Assembly: GCF_009914755.1 (NCBI RefSeq)
Contig: NC_060935.1
Source: the human T2T-CHM13v2.0 reference genome, Homo sapiens
Reading direction: 5' to 3' (one strand)
DNA: 64,000 nt
This document shows positions 42,901 through 58,200 of the stretch, piece by piece; position 1 is the stretch's first letter, and each line of letters starts with the position of its first letter. The notes beneath the pieces were generated by a model that was given only the letters and a program-made list of their open reading frames with translations, did not search any database and was not told the origin of the DNA. Made by a program: the position numbers and the translations under genes.

Positions 42901-45900
42901 TTTCCAAACTGCTCAATCAAAAGAAATTTTCAACTCTGAGTTGAATGCACACATCACAAAGAAGTTTCTCAGAAACCTTCTGTCAAGTTTTTATGCATAG
43001 TTATTTCCTTTTTCACCATAGAACTCAAAGGGCTCCAAAATATCTTTTGCAGATTCTACAAAAAGACTGTTTCCAAACTGCTCAATAAAAAGAAAGTTTC
43101 AACTCTATGATATGAATGCACATATCACAAAGAAGTTCCTCAGAAAGCTTCTGTCTAGTTTTTATGTGAAGATATTTCCTTTTTCACCATAGGACTTGAA
43201 GGGCTGCTGAATATCCTTTACAGATTCTAAAAAAAGACTGTTTCCAAACTGCTGAATTAAAAGAAAGTTTCAACTCTGCGAGATGAATGCACACATCACA
43301 AAGAAGATTCTCAGAAAGATTCTTTCTAGTTTTTTGCAAAGATACTTCCTTTTTCACAATAGGCCTCAAACTGCTCAGAAATGTCACCTTGCAGATTCTA
43401 CCAAGAGACCGTTTCCAAACTGCTCAATCAAAAGAAAGTTTCTACTCTCTGAGATGAATGCATTCATCACAAAGCAGTTTCTCAGAATGCTTCTGTCTAG
43501 TTTTTATGTGAAGATATTTCCTTTTTCACCATAGACCTCAAACCGCTCTGAAATATCCCTTTGCAGATTTTAGAAAAAGACAGCATCCAAACTGCTCAAC
43601 TGAAAGAAAGGTCCAACTCTGCGGGATGAATGCAAACATCACAAAAGAGTATCTCAGCAAATTTCTGTCTAGTTTTAAAGTGAAGATAACTCCTTTTTCA
43701 ATGGGGGCTTAAAAGGGGTCCCAAATATCCCTTTGCAGATTGTAGAAAAGGACTGTTTCAAAACTGCTCAATCAAAATATATATCCAACTCTGTTAGAGG
43801 AATGCACATATCAAAAAGAGGTTCTTCAGAAAGCTTCTGTCTAGTTTCTATGTGAAGATATTTCCTTTTTCACCATAGGCCTAGAAGGGCTCCAAATATC
43901 CCTTTGCAGATTCTACAAAAAGACTGTTTCCAAACTGCTCAAGCAAAATAAAAGTTCAACTCTGTGAGATGAATGCACTCATTACACAGAAGTTACTCAG
44001 AAATCTTCTGTCTAATTTGTATGTGAAGGTATTTCCTTTTTCACCATAGGCCTCAAAGGGCTCCCAATTATCAATTTGTGGATTCTACAAAAAGACTGTA
44101 TCCAAACTGCTCAATCAAAAGAAAGGTTCAACTCTTCTAGATGAATGTACACATCATAAAAGAGTTTCTCAGAAAAATTTTATCTAGTTTTTATGTGAAG
44201 ATAATTTCTTTTTCAAAATAGGCCTCAAAGGGCTCCCGAATATCACTTTGCTGATTCTAGAAAGGACTGTTTCCAAACTGCTCAATGAAAAGAAAATTTC
44301 AACTCTTTGACATGAATGCACACATCACAAAGAAGTTTCTCAGAAAGCTTCTGTCTAAGTTTTATGTGAAGATATTTCCTTTTTCACCATAGCCCTCAAA
44401 GCACCCTCAAATATCACTTTGCAGATTCCACAAAAAGAATCTTTCTAAACAGCTCAATCAAAAGGAAGATTGAACTCTGTGAGATGAATGCAAACATCAC
44501 AAAGAAGTTCCTCAGAAAGCTTCTTTGTAATTTTTATGTGAAGGTATTTCCTTTTTCACCACAGGGTTCGAAGGGCTCCCAAATATCCTTTGCAGATACT
44601 ACAAAAAGACTGTTTCCAAACTGCTCAATTAAAAGGAAAGGTTCAACTCTGTGAGATGAATGCAAACATCAGACAGAAGTTTCTCAGAAAGCTTCTGTCT
44701 AGTTTTTTGCAAAGATATTTTCTTTTTCACCATAGGCCTCAGACCACTCAGTAGAATCCCTTTGAAGATTCTACCAAAAGATTGTTTCCAAAATGTTCAA
44801 TTAAAAGAAAGTTTCAACTCTGTGAGATGAGTGCAACCATCACAAAGAGGTTTCTCAGAAAGCTTCTGTGTAGTTTTTATGTGAAAATATTTCCATTTTC
44901 ACCCTAAGCCTCAAACTGTTCTGAAATATCTCTTTGCGGATTCTAGAAAAAGACTGTTTCCAAACTGTTGAATCAAAAGAAACATTCAACCCCACGAGAT
45001 GAATGCACATATCACAAAAGAGTATCTCAGAAAATTTCTGTCTAGTTTTAAAGTGAAGATAACTGCTTTTTCAATGTAGGCCTCAAAGGGGTCCCAAATA
45101 TCCCTTTGCAGTTTCTATAAAAAGAATATTTCCAACCTTTTCAATCAAAAGAAAGGTGCAACTCTATGAGATGAATGCACACATCATAAAGAACTTTCTC
45201 AGAAAGCTTCTGTCTACTTTTTATCTGAAGATATTTCCTTTTTCACAGTAGATCTCAAAGGGCTCCCAAATACCACTTTGCAGATTCCACAAAACGACTG
45301 CCTCCAAACTGCTCAATCAAAAGAAATGTTCAATTCTGTAAGATGAATGAACACATCATAAAGAAGTTTCTCAGACGCATCTCTCTGTTTTTTATATGAA
45401 GATATTTACTTTTTCATCATAGGCCTCAAACAGCTCAGAAATATCCCTTTGCAGATTCTGCAAAAAGAATGTTTCCAAAGTGCTCAATCAAAAGAAAAGG
45501 TCAGTATTGTGAGATGAATGCATGCATCACAATGCAGTTTCTCAGAAAGCTTCTGTCTAGTTTTTGTGTGAAGGTATTTCCTTTTTCACCATAGGCCTCA
45601 AAGTGCCCTCAAATATCACTTCGCAGATCCTAGAAAAATACTGTTTCAAAAACTGCTCAATCATAAAAAGTTCAACTCTGTGAGATAAATGCACACATCA
45701 CAAACAAGATTCTCAGAAAGGTTCTGTCTACATTTTATGTGAAGATATTTCCTTTTTCACAGTAAGCCTCCAAGGGTTCCAAAATATCCCTTTGCATGTT
45801 GTCCATAAAGAATGTTTCCAAGCTGCTCAATCAAAAGAAAGTTTCAACTCTGAGATGAATGGACACGTCACAAATTAGTTTCTCAGAAAGATTCTACTTA

Positions 45901-48561
45901 GTTTTTATGTGAAGATATTTCCTTTTTCACCATAGGCCTGAATCCTCTGCATAATATACCTTTGCAGGTACTACATATAGACTGTTTCAAAACTGGTCAA
46001 TCAAAAGAAAATTTCAAATCTGTGAGATGAATGTGCTCATCAAAAAGAAGTTTCTCCAAATGTTTATGTCTAGTTTTTATGTGAAGATATTTCCTTCTTT
46101 ACAATAAGCTGCAAATGGATCCCAACTATCCCTTTGTAGATTTTATGAAAGCCTTTTCCAAGCTGCTCAATCAAAAGAAAAGTTCAACTCTGTGAGATGA
46201 ATGTACACAATCCAAAGTAGTTTCTCAGAAAACTTCTGTCTAGTTTTCATGTGAAGATATTTCCTTTTTCACCATATGCCTCAAAGGGCTCCAAATATCC
46301 CTTTGCAGATTCTACAAAAAGATTCTTTCCAAACTGCTCAATCAAAAGAAAGTTTCAACTCTGTGAGATGAATGCATACATCATAAAGAAGTTTCACAGA
46401 CAGCATCTGACTAGTTTTTATATGAAGATATTTCCTTTTTCACAATAGGCCTCAAATCGCTCAAAAATATCTTTTGGAGATTCTACAAAAAAGACTTTCC
46501 AAACTGCTCCACCAAAAGAAATATTCAACTCTGTGAGGTGAATGCATGCATTACAAAGAAGCTTCTCAGAAAGCTTCTCTTTAGTTTTTATGTGAAGATA
46601 TTCCCTTTTTCATCATTGGACTCAAAGGATTACAAATATCCCTTTGCAGATTCTACAAAAGAACTGTTTCTAAACTGCTCAATCAAAAGAAAGGTTCAAA
46701 CATGTGAAGTGACTGCAAGCATCACTAAGGGGTTTCTCAGGAAGCTTCTGTCTAGTTTTTATGTGAACATATTTCCTTTTTCAGCATAGGCCTCAAAGCA
46801 CCCTGAAATATCACTTTGCAGATTCTACAAAAAGACTGTCTCCAAGCTGCTCAAGCAAAAGAAATTTTCAACTCTGTGAAATGAATGCACACATCACAAA
46901 GAAGTTTTTCAGAAAGCTTCTGTCTAGTTTTTATGTGAAGATAATTCCTTTTTCACCATAGGCCTCAAAGAGCTCCCAAATATCCCTTTGTAGATTACAC
47001 AAAAAGACAGTTTCCAAACGGCTCATTCAAAAGAAAGTTTCAAATCTGTGAGATGAATGCACAAATCACATAGAAGTTTCTCAGAAAGCTTCTGTCTAGT
47101 TTTTATGTGAAGATATTTTCTTTTTCACCATAGGCCTCAAAGTGCCCCCAGATATCTGTTGCAGATTCCACAAAAGGACTCTTTCCAACCTGCTCAATCA
47201 AAAGAAAAGTTCAACTCTATGAGACGAATGCACTTATCACAAAGAAGTTTCTCAGAAAGCTTCTGTCTAGTTTTCATGCGAAGATATTTCCTTTTTCACC
47301 ATTGGCTTCAAACTGCTCAGAAATATCCCTTTGCAGATTCTACAAAAAGACTGTTTCCAAACTACTCAATCAATAGAAATGTTCAACTCTGTGAGATAAA
47401 TGTGCACATCACAAAAAAGTTTCTCAGAAAGCTTCTGTCTACTTTTTATGTGAAGATATTTCCTTTTTCATCATAGGCCTCAAACGGCTTAGAAATATCC
47501 GTTTGCAGATTCTACAAAAAGACTGTTTCTAAACTGCTCAATCAAAAGAAATTTTCATCTCTCTGAGATGAATGCACACATCACAAAGACGTTTTTCAGA
47601 AAGCTTCTGTCTAATTTTTATATGAAGATATTTGTTTTTTTACCATGGGCCTCAAAGGGATCCCAAATATCCCTTTGCAGATTTTACAAAAAGACTGTTT
47701 CCAAACTGCTGAATCAAAAGAAAGGTTCAACTCTGTGAAATGGATATACACATCACAAAGAAGTTCCTCAGAATACTTGTGTCTAGTTTTTGTGTGAAGA
47801 TGTTTCCTTTTTCATGATAGGAATCGAAGGGCTCCTAAATATCCATTTGAAGATTCTACAAAACACTGTTTCCAAACTTCTTAATCAAAAGAAAGTTTCA
47901 ACACCGTGAGATGAATGCACACATCAAAAGAAGTTCCTCAGAAAGCTTCTGCCTAGTTTTTTTGTGAAGATATTTCCTTTTTCACCACAGGCCTCAAAAG
48001 GCTCAGAAATATCCTCTTGCGGATTCTAGAAAAATACTATTTCCAAACTCCTCAATCAAAGAAAGGTTCAACTGTGTCAAATGAATGCATGCATCACAAA
48101 GAAGTTTCTGAGAAATCTTCTGTCTAGTTTTTACGTGAAGATAATTCTTTTCACCATAGACCTCAAGGCGACCTCAAATGTCCCTTTGCCGATTCTACAA
48201 AATGACTGTTTCCAAACTGCTCAATCAAAAGAAAATTTAAATTCTGTGAGATGAATGCACAGATCACACAGAAGTTCCTCGAAAAGTTTCTGTCTAGTTT
48301 TTATGTGAAGATATTTCCTTTTCACCGTAGGCCTCGAAGGGCTACCAAATATCCCTTTGCAGATTCTACAAAAAGACTGTTTCTAAACTGCTCCATGAAA
48401 AGAAAGTTTCCAATCTGTGACATGAATACACACATAACAAAAGATGTTCTAAGAATATTTCTGTCTAGTTTTTATGTGAAGATGTTTCGTTTTTCACCAT
48501 AGACCTCGAAGGACTCCCAAATATCCCTTTTCAAATTCTGCAAAAAGACTGTTTTTTGTAG
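33991..48561 (-). repeat. Monomeric alpha satellite, reverse orientation
   Basis: Continuous ~172-bp divergent monomers with local duplications. Confidence 0.98.
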
Positions 48562-49099
48562 TTTTTTTTCATTCCACCAAATTTTATTGATCACTTTTTC
48601 TGTATGAGATATGATTTCTGAATTCAAAGTGATTATGGCCCAAAGAGTGGGATGCATATATAAATTATCACCACACAGGGGTCATATTATAATTATCACT
48701 GAAAGGCTAGAAAAGCTCACAAGGAATAAATCAGAAGAGTTTCATACTGAACAGACCATGAAAGGCTAACAACAAAGATGGCCTCTGACCTTGACCCGGA
48801 AACGACAACAGGAGTTTTGAAGATAACAGCAAAATGTGGAAAGAATTTCAGTAGGAGGATAAAATAGCATTTGTATTCACATAGGAGAAGGAAATAGGAG
48901 CTTGAAAAAAAAATTGTCACCAAGCAATTCTAAACCAGAGATGTGTCTCTCTTGCCCAGGCTGAAGGGCAATGGTGAGATCTTAGCTCAGTGAAGCCTCA
49001 ACATATTCGGCTCAAGTAATCCTCCCACCTCAGCCTCCCAAGTAGTTAGGACTATAGTTGTGGGTAACCATGCCCAGCTATTTTTTTTGGTATCTTTTT
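48562..49099 (-). other. L1 3' transduction (old Alu arm + ~370 bp non-satellite DNA + second poly(A))
   Basis: Lies between the L1 #3 tail and the left TSD; minus-strand AATAAA at 48583-48588, 13 nt before the A8 tail at 48562-48569. Confidence 0.9.
48938..49099 (-). mobile_element. Old Alu single arm (AluJ right arm/FRAM-like) inside the transduced segment
   Basis: TTGCCCAGGCTGAAGGGCAATGG...GGCTCAAGTAATCCTCCCACCTCAGCCTCCCAAGTAG...CCATGCCCAGCTATTTTT; GCTCAAG..ATCCTCCCACC is J/FRAM-type; heavily diverged. Confidence 0.8.
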
Positions 49100-49316
49100 A
49101 AATTTAATTTTATTATACTTTAAGTTTTAGGGTACATGTGCACAATGTGCAGATTAGTTACATATGTATACATGTGCCATGTTGGTGTGCTGCACCCATT
49201 AACTCGTCATTTAGCATTAGGTATATCTCCTAATGCTATCCCTCCCCCCTTCCCCCACCCCACAACAGGCCCCAGTGTGTGATGTTCCCCTTCCTGTGTC
49301 CATGTGCTCTCATTGT

Positions 49317-53140
<3,824 letters not shown>

Positions 53141-53204
53141 TATGATGTTAGCTGGTTATTTTGCTCGTTATTTAATGCAGTTTTCTTCCTAGCCTTGATG
53201 GTCT

Positions 53205-54184
53205 TTACATTTTGGCATGTTTTCACAGTGGCTGGTACCGGTTGTTCCTTTCCATGTTTAGTGTTCCTTCAGGATTTCTTTTAGGGCAGGCCTGGTGGTG
53301 ACAAACTCTCTCAGCGTTTGCTTGTCTGTAAAGTATTTTATTTCTCTTTCACTTATGAAGCTTAGTTTGGCTGGCTATGAAATTCTAGGTTGAAAATTCT
53401 TTTCTTTAAGAATGTTGAATATTGTCCCCCACTGTCTTCTGGCTTGTGGAGTTTCTGCCAAGACATCTGCTGTTAGTGTGATGGTCTTCCTTTTGTGGCT
53501 AACCCGAACTTTCTCTCTGACTGCCCTTACCTTTTTTTGCTTCATTTCAACTTTGGTGAATTTGACAATTATGTGTCTTGGTGTTGTATTTCTTGGGGAG
53601 TATCTTTGAGGCGTTTTCTATATTTCCTGAATCTGAATGAAGTTCTCCTGGATAATAACCTGCAGAGTGTTTTCCAAATTGGTTCCATTCTCCCCGTCAC
53701 TTTCAGGTACACCAATCAGACGTAGATTTGGCCTTTTCACATAGTCTCATATTTCTTGGAGGCTTTGTTCATTTCTTTTTATTCTTTTTTCTCTAAACTT
53801 CTCTTCTCACTTCATTTCATTCATTTCGTGTTCCATCACTGATACCCTTTCTTCCAGTTGATTGCATCAGCTCCTGAGGCTTCTGCATTCTTCAAGTAGT
53901 TCTTGAGCCTTGGCTTTCAGCTCCATCAGCTCCTTTAAGGACTTCTCTGCATTGGGTGTTCTAGTTATCCATTCGCCCAATTGTTTTTCAAAGTTTTTAA
54001 CTTCTTTGACATCGGTTTGAATTTCCTCCTGTAGCTCAGAGTAGTTCGATCATCTGAAGCCTTCTTCTCTCAGCTTGTAAAAGTCCAGCTTTGTTCTGTT
54101 GCTGGTGAGGAGTTGCGTTCCTTTGGAGGAGGGGAAGCACTCTGCTTTTTAGAGTTTCCAGTTTTTCTGCTGTTTTTTCCCCAT
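53205..54184 (-). pseudogene. L1 #3 ORF1p, disrupted
   Basis: ATG at 54184, TAA at 53205-53207; 2-bp, ~10-bp (near 54085) and ~24-bp (near 53640) deletions. Confidence 0.88.
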
Positions 54185-54356
54185 CTTTGTGGTTTTATCT
54201 ACTTTTGGTCTTTGATGATGGTGACGTACAGAAGGGTTTTCAGTGTGGATGCCCTTTCTGTTTGTTAGTTTTCCTTCTAACAAACAGGGTCCTCAGCTGC
54301 ATGTCTGTTGGAGTTGGCTAGTGGTCCACTCCAGACACTGTTTTCCTGGGTATCAG

Positions 54357-54427
54357 CAGTGGTGCCTGCAGAAGAGCAGTGGCTGTGGAACAGCAGTGGC
54401 TGTAGAACAGCAGTGGCTGTGGAACAG
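54357..54427 (-). repeat. 17-bp tandem repeat (CAGTGGCTGTRGAACAG x3 + 1 degenerate) in L1 #3 5'UTR
   Basis: Units at 54377-54393, 54394-54410, 54411-54427 and degenerate unit 54360-54376. Confidence 0.93.
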
Positions 54428-55225
54428 CAGGTCTTTGTGAACCACATATGCTGCTGCCTGACCTTTTGTCTGGAAGTTTTGTCTCAGAGGAGTACCCGGC
54501 TGGGTGAGGTGTCAGTCTGCCCCTACTGGGGAGTGCCTCCCAGTTAGGCAGTTCGTGGTGAAGGACCTACTTGAGGAGGCAGTCTGTCCATTCTCAGATC
54601 TCTAGCCGCATGCTAAGAGAATCACTAATCTCTTCAAATCTGTCAGACAGGGACCTTTAAGTCTGCAGAGGTTACTACAGTCTTTTTGATTGTCTGTGCC
54701 CTGCCCCAGAGGTGGAGCCTACACAGGCAGGCAGGCTTCCTCGATCTTTGGTGGGCTCCACCCAGTTCGAGCTTCCCAGCTGCTTTGTTTGTCTATCAAG
54801 CACGGGCAGTTGCAGGCACCCCTCCCCCAGCCTTGCTGCCACCTTGCAGTTTGATCTCAGAGTGCTGTGCTAGAAATCAGGGAGATTCCGTGGGCCTAGG
54901 ACTCTCTGAGCCAGGTGCAGGATATAATCTTCTGGTGTGCTGCTTTTTATGCTTGATGGAAAAGCACAGTATTAGAGTGGGAGTGACCCAATTTTCCTGG
55001 TGTCATCTGTCACCCATTTCTTTGACTAGGAAAGGGAACTCCCTGACCCCTTGCACTTCCTGAGTGAGGCAATGCCTCACCCTGCTTTGTCTCATCTCAT
55101 GCACGGTGCACTGCACCCACTGTCCTGCACCCATGGACTGGCACTCCCTAGTGAGATGAACCTGGTACCTCAGATGGAAATGCATCACTCACACTGGGAG
55201 CTGTAGACCAGAGCTGTTCCTATTT

Positions 55226-55234
55226 GGCCATCTT
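55226..55234 (-). promoter_or_regulatory. YY1 core motif (AAGATGGCC) of L1 #3 internal promoter
   Basis: Matches known L1 5'UTR YY1 site; L1 #1 has CAAGATGGCT at 9437-9446; in L1 #2 it is mutated to TAAGTTGGCT. Confidence 0.7.
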
Positions 55235-58200
55235 CTGTTTTTTGTAGCTTTTATGTGAAGATAATTCCTTTTTCAAAATAGGCCTCAAAGGGCTCCCAAA
55301 TGTCCCTTTGTGGATTCTACAATAAGACAGTTTCCAAACTGCTCAATCAAAAGAAAGTTTCAACTCTGTGAGGTGAATGCACAGATCACAAAGAAGTTCC
55401 TCAGAAAGCTTCTGTCTAGTTTTTATGTGAAGATATTTCCTTTTACACCATAGGACTAGAAGGGCTCTCAAATATCTCTTTGCAGATTCTACAAAAAGAA
55501 TGTTTCCAAACTGCTCAATGAAAAGAAAGTTTCAACTCTGTCAGATGAATGCACACATCACAAAGAAGTTTCTCAGAAAGTTTCTGCCTAGATTTTTTAT
55601 GAAGATATTGCCTTTTTCATCATAGGTCTCATACCCCTCAGAAATATTCCTTTGCAGAACCTACAAAAAGACAGTGTGCAAACTTCACAATCAAAAGACA
55701 GTGTCAACTCTCTGTGATGAATGCACACATCACAAAGAAGTTTCCCAGAACTCATCGTTCTAGTTTTTAAGTGAAGATATTTCCTTTTTCACCTTAAGTC
55801 TCAATGGGCTCCCAAATATCCCTTTACAGATACTACAAAAAGACTGTTTCCAAACTGCTCAATCAAAAGAAAGGCTCAACTCTGTGAGATGAAGGCACAC
55901 ATCACGAAGAAGTTTCTCAGAAAGCTTCTGTCTAGTTTTTATGTGAAGATAGTTCCTTTTTCACCATAGGCCTCAAACCACTCAGAAATATCCCTTTGTA
56001 GATTCTACAAAAAGACTGTATCCAAACTGCTCAATCAAAAGAAAGGTCAAACTCTGTGAGGTGAATGCACACATCACAAAGAAGTTTCTACGAAAGTTCC
56101 TGTCTAGTTTTTATGTGAAGGTATTTCCTTTTTCACCATAGGCCTCAAAGTGCTCCCAAGTTTCCCTTTGCAGATTATGTGAAAAGACTGTTTCCAAACT
56201 GCTCAATCAAAAGAAAGTTTCAACTTTACGAGATGAATTCACACATCACAAAAGAGCTTCTCAGAAAATTTCTGTCTAGTTTTGATGTGAAGATAATTCC
56301 TTTTTCAAAATACGACTCAAAGGGCTGCCAAATATCCCTTTACAGATTCTAGAAAGGACTCAACTCTGTGAGATGAATGCACACATCACAAAGAAGTTTC
56401 TCAGAAAGCTTCTGTCTAGTTTTTATGTGAAGATAGCTCCTTTTTCACCATAGGCCTCAAACCACTCAGAAATATCCCTTTGTAGATTCTACAAAAAGAC
56501 TGTATCCAAACTGCTCAATCAAAAGAAAAGTCAAACTCTGTGAGGTGAATGCACACATCACAAAGAAGTTTCTGTGAAAGTTCCTGTCTAGTTTTTATGT
56601 GAAGGTATTTCCTTTTTCACCATAGGCCTCAAAGGGCTCCCAAGTTTCCCTTTGCAGATTATGCAAAAAGACTGTTTCCAAACTGCTCAATCAAAAGAAA
56701 GTTTCAACTCTGTGAGATGAATTCACACATCACAAAGACCTTCTCAGAAAATTTCTGTCTAGTTTTGATGTGAAGATAATTCCTTTTTCAAAATAGGCCT
56801 CAAAAGGCTGCCCTAAAGAAATATGCAACTCTGTGAGATGAATGCACACATCACAAGGAAGTTTCTCAGAAAGTTTGTGTCTAATTTTTAGGAGAAGATA
56901 TTCCCTTTTTCTCCATAAGACTCAAAGGCATCCCTAATATCCCTTTGCAGATTCCAGAAAAAGACTGTTTCCAAAATTATCAATCAAAAGAAAAGTTCAA
57001 CTCTGTGAGTTGAATGCACACATCAGAAAAAAATTCCTCAGAACGCTTCTGTCTAGGTTTTATGTGAAGATATTTCCTTTTTCACCATAAGCCTCAAAGG
57101 ACTCCAAATATCCCTTTGCAGATTCTACAAAAAGACTGTTTGCAAACTGTTCAATCAAAAGAAAGGTTCAACTCCGTGAAATGAAGGCACACAACACAAA
57201 GAAGTTTCCCAGAAATATTCTGTCTAGTTCTTATGTGAAGATATTCCCTATTCCCTTTTTCAACATGGGTCTAAAATGTGATCCCAAGTATCCCATTGCA
57301 GATTCTACAAAAAGACTGTTACCAAACTGTTAAATCAAAACAAATGTTCAACTCTGTGAGATGAACGTACACATCACAAAGAATTTTCTCAGAAAGCTTC
57401 CATCTAGTTTTTATGTGAACATCATATTTCCTTTTTCACCTTAGGACTCAAAGGGCTCCAAAATATTCCCTTTCAGATTCTAGAAAAAGACTATTTTCAA
57501 AGTGCTCTATCAAAGAAAAGGTTCAACTCGGTGAGTTGAATGCAAACATCACAAAGAATTTTCACAGAAAGCTTCTGTCTAGTTTTTAATAGAAGTTATT
57601 TTGTTATTCACCACAGGCCTCAAACCACTAAGAAATATCCCTTTGCGGATTCTAGAAAAAGAATGTTTCCAAACTGCTCAATCAAAAGCATGCTCAACTT
57701 TGTGAGGTGAATGCACGCATCACAAAGAACTTTCTCAGAAAGTTTCTCTCTGTTTTCTATGTGAAGATATTTCCTTTTTCACCATGGGCCTCAAAGGGCT
57801 CCCAAATGTCCCTTTACAGATTCTACAAAAAGACGCTTTCCAAGCTGTTCAGTCAAAAGAAAGGCTCAACTTTATGAGATGAATGCACACATAAAAAATC
57901 AGCTTCTCAGAACGCTTCTGTATAGTTTTTTTGTGAAGATTTTCCTTCTTCAACATAGGCCTCAAAGGCCTCCCAATATCCCTTTGCGGATTCTACAAAA
58001 AGATTGTTTCCAAACTGCTCAATGAAAAGAAATGTTCAACTCTGTGAGATGAATGCACACATCACAAAGAAGTTTCTCAGAAAGCTTCTGCCTAGTTTTT
58101 AGGTGAAGATATTCCTTTCTTCTCCAATCAAAAGAAAGGTTAAGCTCTGTGCGATTAATGTATACATCACAAAGGAGTTTCTGAGAAAGCTTCCATCTAA

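Noticed and set aside
48717-48923. 68-aa ORF in the transduced segment as a shuffled exon
   Set aside because: Short, low-complexity and no recognisable homology; cannot be supported without a database search
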